Shown here: piece after piece, positions 6,931 to 15,179 of the stretch
Layout: every line of letters begins with the position of its first letter
Position numbering within the stretch: the stretch's first letter is position 1
NCBI RefSeq assembly: GCF_001457595.1
Contig: NZ_LN831039.1
Location: 1,170,001 to 1,202,000 of the forward strand
Direction of reading: 5' to 3'
Source: Mycolicibacterium smegmatis
GTDB lineage: Bacteria; Actinomycetota; Actinomycetes; Mycobacteriales; Mycobacteriaceae
DNA length: 32,000 nucleotides
Program-made: the position numbers and the translations under genes
The notes under the pieces: generated by a model
Databases searched by the model: none
Seen by the model: only the letters and a program-made list of their open reading frames with translations
Told to the model about the DNA's origin: nothing

Positions 6931-8360
6931 CCTTCGAGCGTCTCGACGTCGCTCGTGCCGATGTTGGCGACGACGTGCGGTGACCGCCTGCGCAGGATCA
7001 AGTACCACGCCAGTGCCGCGGCCACTGTGAGGATGAACAGCCACGGGATGACGTTGAGCGGGTAGGGCGGCACCGGATAGACGTTGGCGTAGAACACATA
7101 TGCCATCGACACGATCGCGACGATCGCGGCAGGCCACACGAGGGGGACCCGTGCGTTGATGCTGCGCAGGTACACCACGGCGGCGAGCGCGGCCGCGGCG
7201 TAGGCCACCATGTAGCCATATGTGCCGTAGGTGTCCACCCAGGTGACGACGTCCATCGGCGCGACATCGCGCAGGTACATCACCACCGGGACGGCGATGA
7301 CCAGCGGTGCGACGGTGATCAGGGCCCGGTGCGGCGTCAGATGCGTGGGATGGGTGCGCCCGATCGCCGACGGCACGACGCCTTCCTTGCCCATGACGTA
7401 CAGGATTCGACCGATGACATTCATGGGAGCGACGACCACCGCGAAGAACGACGCAGCGATCCCGAAGTTGAGGATGGGGTTGAACCAGGTGGGCATCCCG
7501 ACGAGCGTCGCGATGTCGTCGAGCGGCTGCGCGGATTCTCCGAGCGCAGGTCCCAGCGCGGCGACCTGCGTGTAGGCGGCGAACACGTACAGGACGCCGA
7601 CGCCTGCCGCGCTCCACATGATCGCGCGGGGTACGGCGCGGTACGGATCCTTGGCCTCGCGGGCGAGGGCGTCGGCGCTGGAGAACCCGACGAACCCGAG
7701 GATCGCCAGCACCATGCCGACGACGATCCCGGACGGTTTCACATCGCTCAGCCGGAACTGGTCGGCGTCGAACGCGTCGGGGCCGAGGTGTACCAGCGTG
7801 ACCACCAGCAGCACCGTGATGATGGAGACCGAGACAAGTTCCAGCACAAGGGAAATACGCGCCGACAGTCTGATTCCCCGGATCGTGAACAGGGTCGCCA
7901 ACGATCCGAGCACGATGGCGAGCACGATCTGCGCGGCAAGGCCACCGACTGCCAGGCCGAGCTGGTTGAGCAGGGTTGCGGTGTAGGCGACCGCCCCGCT
8001 CAGGGATCCGGCCGCGATGCCGAAGCATCCGATCAGCAGGCTCACACCGGTCAGGTATGCACCGAACGGGCCCAAAGCGGTTGCGGCGTAACTGTAGAGC
8101 GAACCCGCAGACGACCGGCGCTTGGCGAACTGGGAGATGCAGTAGCCCACCGACAGGATCACGACGGTGGCAAGCGCGAACGAGATCCAGGTACCGCCGC
8201 TGGCGGTGGTGTAGATCGCCGCGGCGGTGAATGCGATGACGGCGCTCGGTGCGATGTTGGCGATGGCCTGGGCGGCGAGTTCACCGCCGCCCATCACACC
8301 GCGGCGCAGTCCGGCGTCGCCGGTTTCGGTCCGGGGACCGGTCTGAAGAGATTCGGACAC
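6921..8360 (-). CDS. APC-superfamily amino acid/polyamine permease, 479 aa
   Basis: About 12 hydrophobic segments. The N-terminal region GGGELAAQAIANIAPSAVIAFTAAAIY and overall composition are typical of APC permeases. It begins 18 nt downstream of the alcohol dehydrogenase gene on the same strand. Confidence 0.85.
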   Translation of the reverse strand: MSESLQTGPRTETGDAGLRRGVMGGGELAAQAIANIAPSAVIAFTAAAIYTTASGGTWISFALATVVILSVGYCISQFAKRRSSAGSLYSYAATALGPFGAYLTGVSLLIGCFGIAAGSLSGAVAYTATLLNQLGLAVGGLAAQIVLAIVLGSLATLFTIRGIRLSARISLVLELVSVSIITVLLVVTLVHLGPDAFDADQFRLSDVKPSGIVVGMVLAILGFVGFSSADALAREAKDPYRAVPRAIMWSAAGVGVLYVFAAYTQVAALGPALGESAQPLDDIATLVGMPTWFNPILNFGIAASFFAVVVAPMNVIGRILYVMGKEGVVPSAIGRTHPTHLTPHRALITVAPLVIAVPVVMYLRDVAPMDVVTWVDTYGTYGYMVAYAAAALAAVVYLRSINARVPLVWPAAIVAIVSMAYVFYANVYPVPPYPLNVIPWLFILTVAAALAWYLILRRRSPHVVANIGTSDVETLEGIG

Positions 8361-8378
8361 AGTGGTTCTCGATTCTGG

Positions 8379-9515
8379 TCAGGCGGAGGGGATGAGGAGT
8401 TGGCGCAGCGCGTGTCCGGCGGCGAGATCGTCGAGTGCGGCGGCGGCCTCTTCGAGCGGCCGGCGTCCGGAGATCATCGAGGCAAGGTCGAGGTTTCCGG
8501 CCATGACCTCGTCGACCAGTGCGGGGATGTCGCGCTCGGGCACCGCTGAGCCGTAGTTGGACCCGAGGATGCGCTGGTCGGCCTCGGCGAGGGTCAGCGG
8601 GTCGAAGCTTGCGCGCTCGCCTTGCGGGGGCAGGCCCACGATGACCGCGGCTCCGCCGAGTCCCAGTGCGGCGATGGCCTGTTCGGTGGTGGCGATCTTG
8701 CCGATGGCGTCGAATACGTAGTCGTAGCCGTCGGGCAACACCTCCCGCATGGCGGCCACGACGTCGTCGGTGGCAGAGGCGTCCACGGCGTCGGTGGCGC
8801 CCAGCTTGCGGGCGAGCTCGAGCTTTTCGGCGACGACGTCGACGGCCACGATCCGCGATGCGCCGGCCAGTCGGGCGCCCTGTACACAGGCCAAACCGAC
8901 TCCACCGCAACCGATCACCGCGACCGTCGAGCCGGGCTCGACTCCGGCGGTGTTGCGGACCGCGCCGACGCCGGTGGCGATTGCGCAACCCACGATCGCG
9001 ATGTCCTCAAGGGGTGCGTCCTTGCGGACCTTGATCGCACCATTGCGAGGCACGACGACCTGCTCGGCGTACGACGAGACCCCGAGGTAGTGGTGGACGG
9101 TGCCGCGCTCGTTCGACAACCGGGTGGTGCCGTCGTACAGCGTTCCTTTGACCGCGACGACCGAGGCGACAAGCGAGCACTGTGCGGGCCGCCCGGCCTT
9201 GCAGTAGCGGCACTCTCCGCAGCCCGGCACCCAGCTCAACACGACGTGATCTCCCGGTTCGAGGTCATCGACCCCTTCACCGACCGCGGTGACCACGCCG
9301 GACCCCTCATGCCCCAGCACCACCGGGGCGGGTACGTCCCAGGCGCCGGTCGTGACGTGCAGGTCGGAATGGCAGACACCCGCGGCAGCGATCTTCACCC
9401 GCACCTCGCCGGGCCGGGGATCGGCGAGTTCAACCGACTCGACCGAGATGGTGCCGTCGAAAACTGCAGCTCGGATGCTCGTGGAATGTGGACGATCGTG
9501 GTCAGGTGCGGGCAC
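8379..9515 (-). CDS. Zinc-dependent medium-chain alcohol dehydrogenase, about 378 aa
   Basis: Catalytic-zinc motifs GVCHSDLH and GHEGSG; structural-zinc motif CGECRYCKAGRPAQC; Rossmann motif VAVIGCGGVGL. I prefer the GTG at 9515 (AAAGG about 7 nt upstream). The longest-ORF ATG at 9566 has no Shine-Dalgarno and sits inside the operator palindrome. Confidence 0.85.
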   Translation of the reverse strand: MPAPDHDRPHSTSIRAAVFDGTISVESVELADPRPGEVRVKIAAAGVCHSDLHVTTGAWDVPAPVVLGHEGSGVVTAVGEGVDDLEPGDHVVLSWVPGCGECRYCKAGRPAQCSLVASVVAVKGTLYDGTTRLSNERGTVHHYLGVSSYAEQVVVPRNGAIKVRKDAPLEDIAIVGCAIATGVGAVRNTAGVEPGSTVAVIGCGGVGLACVQGARLAGASRIVAVDVVAEKLELARKLGATDAVDASATDDVVAAMREVLPDGYDYVFDAIGKIATTEQAIAALGLGGAAVIVGLPPQGERASFDPLTLAEADQRILGSNYGSAVPERDIPALVDEVMAGNLDLASMISGRRPLEEAAAALDDLAAGHALRQLLIPSA

Positions 9516-9564
9516 CGTATTGCCTTTCTGCTCCGAGGGGCACTCACCGGTATCGTTCAGTGCC

Positions 9565-9588
9565 ATAAAACAGCTCGAGGTGTTTTAT
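9565..9588. promoter_or_regulatory. AT-rich 24-bp near-perfect palindrome ATAAAACA-GCTCGAGG-TGTTTTAT in the divergent adh/regulator promoter region; candidate operator
   Basis: 22 of 24 positions are self-complementary. It is one of very few AT-rich spots in the window. Its right arm overlaps a minus-strand TATAAA -10-like hexamer (plus coordinates 9584-9589). Confidence 0.5.
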
Positions 9589-9666
9589 ACCACTAAACAA
9601 GTGACCGTCAACACAGTGACGACGACGGATGAGGGTGCATTGACGACGGGCAGTACAGAGTCGGGG

Positions 9667-10236
9667 ATGAGTCGCGCAGGCGCGAGGCTGCGGCAGATCC
9701 GTCGCGAACGTGGCATGAGCCTGACCGACGTCGCGGCCAAGGCCGAGGTGACCAAGGGCTTCCTCAGCCTGGCCGAGCGCGGCATGACGAACGTTTCGGT
9801 CCCCGTCCTGATGCGCATATGCGACGCGCTCGATATCGGCATCGGCGACCTCTTCGAGTATCCGACCGCCCCGATCGTCCGTAGCGGTGCCGGAGCACCA
9901 CTGGAGATGGGTGGACACGGCGTCCGCGAGGAGTTGCTCACCCCGAAGACCGAGCATCACGTCCAGGTCATGCGCACCGTCATGCGGCCGGGGGGAGGTT
10001 CGGGTGGTGCGTACCGACTCGATGCCGCGACCATCGTCGCCTACGTTTTGCGGGGCGCGCTCAGCATCACCGTCGACGGCGAAACCGTGGTGCTCAACGT
10101 CGGCGACTGCCTGACCTTCGGCGCCAAGCAGTTACACGATTGGCACAACCCGACCGCCGGGGAGGCCGAGGTGTTGTGGACCATCGCGCCCCCGGTCGGA
10201 GCCGAGGATTTCTGCGCCGCGGTGCGCGGCGGCTGA
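9667..10236 (+). CDS. XRE-family HTH transcriptional regulator with C-terminal cupin domain (PuuR-like architecture), 189 aa
   Basis: HTH region LRQIRRERGMSLTDVAAKAEVTKGFLSLAERG. Cupin motif 2 is present (GDCLTFGAKQLHDWHN). An alternative in-frame GTG lies at 9601; the track start at 9289 overlaps the adh gene. Confidence 0.85.
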   Translation: MSRAGARLRQIRRERGMSLTDVAAKAEVTKGFLSLAERGMTNVSVPVLMRICDALDIGIGDLFEYPTAPIVRSGAGAPLEMGGHGVREELLTPKTEHHVQVMRTVMRPGGGSGGAYRLDAATIVAYVLRGALSITVDGETVVLNVGDCLTFGAKQLHDWHNPTAGEAEVLWTIAPPVGAEDFCAAVRGG

Positions 10237-10252
10237 GCCCGAAACTCACACC

Positions 10253-11278
10253 TCAGAAGCCCGAGCTGTGCACCTCGTGGCCGGTCTTCTCGGCCATGAG
10301 CCCGCGATAGGCCTGCTCAACCGACGACCCGTGGTTGATCACGGCGTCGACCTCTCGCGCGATCGGCATGTTCAGGCCGTACTGGTCGGCGAACTCCATG
10401 ATGACGCTCGCGGCTTTGACGCCCTCGGCGACCTGGTTCATCGACGCGATGATCTCGTCGATCTTCTTTCCCGCGCCGAGTTGTTCGCCGACGTGCCGGT
10501 TGCGGCTGCGCTGGCTGGTGCAGGTGACGATGAGATCACCCATGCCGGCCAAACCGGCGAACGTGTCGCGATGCCCGCCTGCGGCCTCGCCCAGCTTCGC
10601 CATCTCGCGCACGGCACGCGCCATGACCATGGCGCGTGTGTTCTCGCCGATGCCCAGGGAGTAGCCCATGCCGACCGCGATCGCATAGACGTTCTTCAAC
10701 GCACCGGCCATCTCGACGCCGATCACATCGTCGGTGGTGTAGGTGCGGAACCGCTTCGTGCGGAACAGCTCTGCGAGTTTCGCCGCAAGGTGCTGATCGG
10801 GCATGGCCAGCACCGCGGCCGCGGCGTAACCCTCGGCGACCTCACGGGCGATGTTCGGTCCGGCGAGGATGCCGGCCGGGTGCCCGGGCAGCACCTCGTC
10901 GACGATCTGGCTCATCCGCAGGTTGGTGCCCTGCTCCAGACCCTTGACCAGGGACACCACCGGAACCCACGGCCGCAGCTCGCGCGCGAGTTCCTGAAGG
11001 ACGCCGCGGAAGCCGTGCGACGGCACGCCCATCACGATGACGTCGGCGCACGCGGCGGCCTCGCTGAAATCGTTCGTGGCCGTGAGCGAGTCGGGTAGGA
11101 CGACGTCGTCACCGAGGTAGCGCGAGTTGCGGTGGTTCTCGTTGATGTCTTTCGCGGTTTCCTCCGATCGCACCCACTGCAACGTGGGCCCGCGCCGCGC
11201 GCAGATCGAGGCGACCGTGGTGCCCCAGGAGCCACCGCCGAGGACGACGACCTTGGGTACGCGTAGCGATGCTGCCAT
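10253..11278 (-). CDS. gpsA: NAD(P)H-dependent glycerol-3-phosphate dehydrogenase, 341 aa
   Basis: N-terminal VVVLGGGSWGTTVA Rossmann motif; GALKNVYAIAVGM and NRHVGEQLG family motifs. There is no Shine-Dalgarno. A TACGCT -10-like hexamer (plus 11286-11291) lies 7 nt upstream of the ATG, so the transcript may be leaderless. Confidence 0.95.
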   Translation of the reverse strand: MAASLRVPKVVVLGGGSWGTTVASICARRGPTLQWVRSEETAKDINENHRNSRYLGDDVVLPDSLTATNDFSEAAACADVIVMGVPSHGFRGVLQELARELRPWVPVVSLVKGLEQGTNLRMSQIVDEVLPGHPAGILAGPNIAREVAEGYAAAAVLAMPDQHLAAKLAELFRTKRFRTYTTDDVIGVEMAGALKNVYAIAVGMGYSLGIGENTRAMVMARAVREMAKLGEAAGGHRDTFAGLAGMGDLIVTCTSQRSRNRHVGEQLGAGKKIDEIIASMNQVAEGVKAASVIMEFADQYGLNMPIAREVDAVINHGSSVEQAYRGLMAEKTGHEVHSSGF

Positions 11279-11815
11279 GGCGATCAGCGTATTGCGCGAG
11301 CCGCTCGTTGACCGGCACTTCGTGAACTAGGGGTACTGACCCTTGCGCCGAGTGTCGGCTTCTGTGCGAGATTCCACAGGGATGTCGCACACAAGCCAAC
11401 GTTCGACAGTGGCAAAGGCTGCTCCGACACCGATCTCGGCAAAGCATCCAGGCCGATTTTCCCATTCGGCGTACACGGTCGAAGTTAACCGGCATACTCT
11501 GCACGAAAACCGGGGATGGGGACCGTTCCGCGGTGGCTGGTTTGTCCGTACATACGCGGTGCGGCTCGCGCGTCTCGGTGAGAGCCGTCAAAGGTGTTGA
11601 TGCACTACAACTTACGTTGCCGATAATTTATAGCCGACCGCTTCGGTTCGCGGGCCGAGGAAAACGGGAGCCAGCGCCCCGCACGCTGCGAATTCCGTAG
11701 CCAAACGCCGATAAGTGAATGATTATTCGCCTGACTGTTGACGCCGTGAGACGGCCACAGCTACGGTGCCAACCACTGCGAGTTACCCGTGGGGGACGGC
11801 TCGTTACCGGGAGGA

Positions 11816-11848
11816 ATGATGGTGTCGACGCGTGACGGGATCGGATGA
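11816..11848 (+). CDS. Candidate 8-10 codon upstream ORF (MMVSTRDGIG) whose stop overlaps the yrbEA ATG (ATGA)
   Basis: A strong GGGAGGA Shine-Dalgarno at 11809-11815 is followed by ATG-ATG-GTG (11816, 11819, 11822). The TGA at 11846-11848 overlaps the ATG at 11845-11847. yrbEA has no Shine-Dalgarno of its own. Confidence 0.3.
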   Translation: MMVSTRDGIG

Positions 11849-12714
11849 CCACGTCGCCTGACCGTGTGTCGGATGGGGGAGCACCGGAGCGCGGGACCGA
11901 CGCGATCGAGAAGTGGGCCACCGGTTACGTCCGACGCCATCCGATCGCCTCGCTGACCACCGTCGGCGATCAGTTCGTCCTCGGCGTGCGCACCGTCCAA
12001 TACCTGTTCACCGAGCTCTTCACCGGCCGGTTCCAATGGCAGGAATTCATCCGGCAGGGCGCCTTCATGGCGGGCACCGCCGTGGTGCCGACGGTGCTGG
12101 TGGCCCTGCCCATCGGCGTCACCCTCTCCATCCAGTTCGCGCTGCTGGCCGGCCAGGTGGGTGCGACGTCGCTCGCCGGTGCGGCCAGCGGGCTCGCGGT
12201 GATCCGGCAGGCCGCATCGCTGACCGCGGCCGTGCTCATGGCCGCGGCGGTGGGCTCGGCAATCACCGCCGATCTCGGTTCCCGCAAGATGCGCGAAGAG
12301 ACCGACGCCATGGAGGTCATGGGGGTCTCGGTGATCAAGCGTCTCGTCGTGCCGCGCTTCGCCGCGGCCATCATGATCGGCGTCGCGCTGACCGGCGTGG
12401 TGTGCTTCGTCGGATTCCTCGCGAGCTTCCTGTTCAACGTCTACTTCCAGGACGGCGCACCCGGCAGCTTCGTGGCCACCTTCGCGTCGTTCGCGACGAC
12501 GGGCGACATGATCGTTGCGTTGATCAAGGCGGTGATCTTCGGCGCGATCGTGGCCGTGGTGTCGTGTCAGAAGGGGCTGTCCACCGTGGGCGGGCCGACG
12601 GGCGTGGCCAACTCGGTGAACGCCGCGGTGGTCGAATCGATCCTGCTGCTGATGGTCGTCAACGTCGCGATCAGCCAGCTCTACATCATGCTGTTCCCGC
12701 GGGTGGGGCTGTGA
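11845..12714 (+). CDS. yrbEA: Mce-system ABC permease YrbEA (MlaE family), 289 aa
   Basis: MlaE-like membrane core (GAFMAGTAVVPTVLVALPIGVTLSIQF..., EVMGVS motif). First gene of the yrbE-mce array. An in-frame stop at 11833 limits the start to 11845 or the GTG eight codons later. Confidence 0.9.
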   Translation: MTTSPDRVSDGGAPERGTDAIEKWATGYVRRHPIASLTTVGDQFVLGVRTVQYLFTELFTGRFQWQEFIRQGAFMAGTAVVPTVLVALPIGVTLSIQFALLAGQVGATSLAGAASGLAVIRQAASLTAAVLMAAAVGSAITADLGSRKMREETDAMEVMGVSVIKRLVVPRFAAAIMIGVALTGVVCFVGFLASFLFNVYFQDGAPGSFVATFASFATTGDMIVALIKAVIFGAIVAVVSCQKGLSTVGGPTGVANSVNAAVVESILLLMVVNVAISQLYIMLFPRVGL

Positions 12715-12715
12715 C

Positions 12716-13573
12716 ATGACCGCGTCGCCGTACGTCCCGACACTGCTCGCGCCGTGGGTGCGCTTCGGGCAGCGTGCCTCGAAGCCGATCGTGCGCCTCG
12801 GGCACATGCTCGTGTTCTTCGTGCGCGCGGTCGCGGCGATACCGATCGTGCTGCGGCACTACCGCGGCGAGTTCGTGCGGTTGCTGTCCGACATCGCCTG
12901 GGGCAACGGATCTCTCGTCGTCGGCGGCGGTACCGCCGGTGTGGCCGTGGTGCTGGGCATCACCGTCGGCGCCCTCGTCGGCATCGAGGGCTACAACTTC
13001 CTGGACCTGCTCGGCCTCGGACCGGCGACGGGCATCATCTCGTCACTGGTCAACACGCGTGAGCTCGCGCCGATCGCGGCGTCGCTGGCGTTCGCCACGC
13101 AGGCGGGCTGCCGCTTCACCGCGCAACTCGGCTCGATGCGCATCGCCGAGGAGATCGACGCGCTCGATTCCATTGCGATCCGGCCGATCCCGTATCTGGT
13201 GACGACGCGGCTGATGGCCGCGGTGGTCGCGGTGATCCCGCTGTACGTGATGTGCCTGGCGGTGAGCTACCTGACCACCCAGACCGTGGTGTTCCTGATC
13301 AGCGGCGGGTCGACGGGTTCATATCTGCACTACTTCACGTTGATGCTGTCCGGCCAGGACATCCTGTACTCGCTGCTGAAGACCATCATCTTCGTGTGGA
13401 TCGCCTCCACGGTGCAGTGCTACTACGGTTTCTACGCATCGGGCGGCCCGGTGGGCGTCGGTGTCGCGGCCGGACACGCCATGCGGGCCAGCATCACCGT
13501 GGTGATCATCGTCAACATGCTGCTGACCATGGCGTTGTGGTCGGTGGATTCGGGTGCACGGTTCGGCGGTTGA
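12716..13573 (+). CDS. yrbEB: Mce-system ABC permease YrbEB (MlaE family), 285 aa
   Basis: Paralogous MlaE-type sequence (EEIDALDSIAIRPIPYLV motif region). ATG lies 1 nt after the yrbEA stop (TGACATG). Confidence 0.9.
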   Translation: MTASPYVPTLLAPWVRFGQRASKPIVRLGHMLVFFVRAVAAIPIVLRHYRGEFVRLLSDIAWGNGSLVVGGGTAGVAVVLGITVGALVGIEGYNFLDLLGLGPATGIISSLVNTRELAPIAASLAFATQAGCRFTAQLGSMRIAEEIDALDSIAIRPIPYLVTTRLMAAVVAVIPLYVMCLAVSYLTTQTVVFLISGGSTGSYLHYFTLMLSGQDILYSLLKTIIFVWIASTVQCYYGFYASGGPVGVGVAAGHAMRASITVVIIVNMLLTMALWSVDSGARFGG

Positions 13574-13574
13574 C

Positions 13575-15179
13575 ATGGGGAACTCGATCGAACTCGACGG
13601 GCGCGGGCCATCCGAGAGGCAGCTTCTGGCCTGCGGGCTCGCCGTTCTGGTTGTTGCAGGGCTGATCTCGACGGTGCTGCTGGTCAAGGCGACCGGACGG
13701 CTCGACCCGTACGTCCGGGTGGTGGCCGCGCTGATCAACGTCGGTGACGGCCTGCCGCAGCGCTCCGACGTCAAGTACCACGGTGTGCTGGTCGGCATGG
13801 TCGAGGACGTCACCCCAGCCGCACACGGTGAACCCAACTACGTCCACATCAATCTGAATCCCGAGTACGCGTCGTCGATTCCGAGCACGGTGACTGCCCG
13901 AGTGGTGCCCAGCAACGTGTTCGCGGTGTCGTCGGTGCAGTTGGTCGACCGCGACGGCGGGGCAGGCCCGGCGATCTCGGCCGGTGCGCAGATCCCCGAG
14001 GACACCGAACTTCCGACGGTGTTGTTTCAGACCACCATCAGCAAGCTGCGCGACATCCTCGCCGCCACCGGCCGCGGCCGCGAGGACCGCACGGTGGGTG
14101 TGCTCGCCGCAGTCAACGCCGCCACTGAGGGCCGCCGCACCGAATTGCTCACCAGCGGTGCGCAATTGAACCGTCTCATCGACGAGGTCGATTCGATCGT
14201 CGCGACCGACCCGTCCGCACCCACCACGGTGTCGACGCTGATCGAGGCCACCCGCGGTCTGCAACAGACCGCGCCGGAACTGGTCGACGCGCTGCACACG
14301 GCCGTGCGGCCGATGCAGACCCTGGTGGAGCAGCGGTCCCAGCTCGACTCGCTGATCAGCGCGGGCATGAACACCCTCGACACCACACGCACCGCGCTGA
14401 ACAACCACACCGACCGGCTGGTCAAGATCACCTCCGAGCTGACGCCCGTGGTGGGCAACCTGGCCGACACCTCACACCACTGGCTGCCCGCGTTCGTCAA
14501 GCTGAACAACCTGTCCGACAAGTTCTTCGACGAGGTGTGGCGGCCCGAACGCAACGTCGGCAACATGCGGATGAACCTGTCGTTCACCCCGAGCTACACC
14601 TACACCCGCGCGGACTGCCCGCAGTACGGAGAACTCAAGGGACCCAGCTGCTTCACCGCTCCGCTGGTGGTGACGCGGCCCGCGCTGCCCGACCAGATGC
14701 TGCCGCGCAACTACCAGCCGCCAAAGGACCTGGCGCCCCCGCCGGGCACCGTCGTGGGCGAGAACGGGAACCTGGTCGCGGTCGGTCCTCCGCTGATCAA
14801 CCCGAATCCCAGCCTGGCCGACCCGAATCCGCCGCTGCCGCCGTGGATGGCGCCCGCGCCGCCGGTACCCGGCACGGCCAACTCGGCGTTGCCCGTGACC
14901 CCGCCGCCCGGGGTCAACCAGTCACCGTTGGCACCGGTCGCGCCGAAACCGGGCAGCCCGCCCCCACCGGCGCCCGCGCCCGGCCCGCTGCCCGCCGAAG
15001 CCGCGCCGGCGTCGTTCGGCGGCAACGTCGGGCCGGTAGGCAGCGAACAGGAACGGGTGACGCTCAGCGTGATCACCGGTCAGCCGGCCAGCACGGCAAC
15101 CCAGCTGCTGCTGGGGCCGGTGGCCCGCGGCACCACCGTGTCGCTTGCCGAACCCACTGCAGGAGAGGAGCCCCGATGA
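13575..15179 (+). CDS. mceA: Mce protein A (MlaD-domain substrate-binding subunit) with a long Pro-rich C-terminal tail, 534 aa
   Basis: ATG lies 1 nt after the yrbEB stop. N-terminal transmembrane helix LLACGLAVLVVAGLISTVLLV. MlaD core GDGLPQRSDVKYHGVLVGMVEDV. Pro-rich tail at about nt 14700-15010. Confidence 0.9.
   Translation: MGNSIELDGRGPSERQLLACGLAVLVVAGLISTVLLVKATGRLDPYVRVVAALINVGDGLPQRSDVKYHGVLVGMVEDVTPAAHGEPNYVHINLNPEYASSIPSTVTARVVPSNVFAVSSVQLVDRDGGAGPAISAGAQIPEDTELPTVLFQTTISKLRDILAATGRGREDRTVGVLAAVNAATEGRRTELLTSGAQLNRLIDEVDSIVATDPSAPTTVSTLIEATRGLQQTAPELVDALHTAVRPMQTLVEQRSQLDSLISAGMNTLDTTRTALNNHTDRLVKITSELTPVVGNLADTSHHWLPAFVKLNNLSDKFFDEVWRPERNVGNMRMNLSFTPSYTYTRADCPQYGELKGPSCFTAPLVVTRPALPDQMLPRNYQPPKDLAPPPGTVVGENGNLVAVGPPLINPNPSLADPNPPLPPWMAPAPPVPGTANSALPVTPPPGVNQSPLAPVAPKPGSPPPPAPAPGPLPAEAAPASFGGNVGPVGSEQERVTLSVITGQPASTATQLLLGPVARGTTVSLAEPTAGEEPR

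Noticed and set aside
9289-9666. Longer version of the first XRE-cupin regulator (track ORF start 9289, or GTG 9601)
   Set aside because: A start at 9289 would overlap the divergent adh gene by more than 200 nt and adds a Ser/Thr/Pro-rich non-homologous N-terminus. The HTH begins immediately after the ATG at 9667. GTG 9601 cannot be excluded but has neither a Shine-Dalgarno nor a leaderless-type -10.
11343-11600. 85-aa ORF (and the 11628-11921 minus-strand ORF) in the leader region of the mce operon, considered as a missing mce regulator
   Set aside because: No HTH or other motif, odd composition, no Shine-Dalgarno and weak G/C third-position bias. The region is better treated as non-coding leader or promoter DNA.
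14537-15175. 213-aa N-terminal extension of the mceB ORF (track ORF 14537-16231)
   Set aside because: It is an out-of-frame reading of the Pro-rich tail of mceA (Arg/Ala/Gly-rich). The Mce-type transmembrane helix and MlaD core start at the ATG at 15176, which has an AGGAGAGGAG Shine-Dalgarno and an ATGA overlap with mceA.
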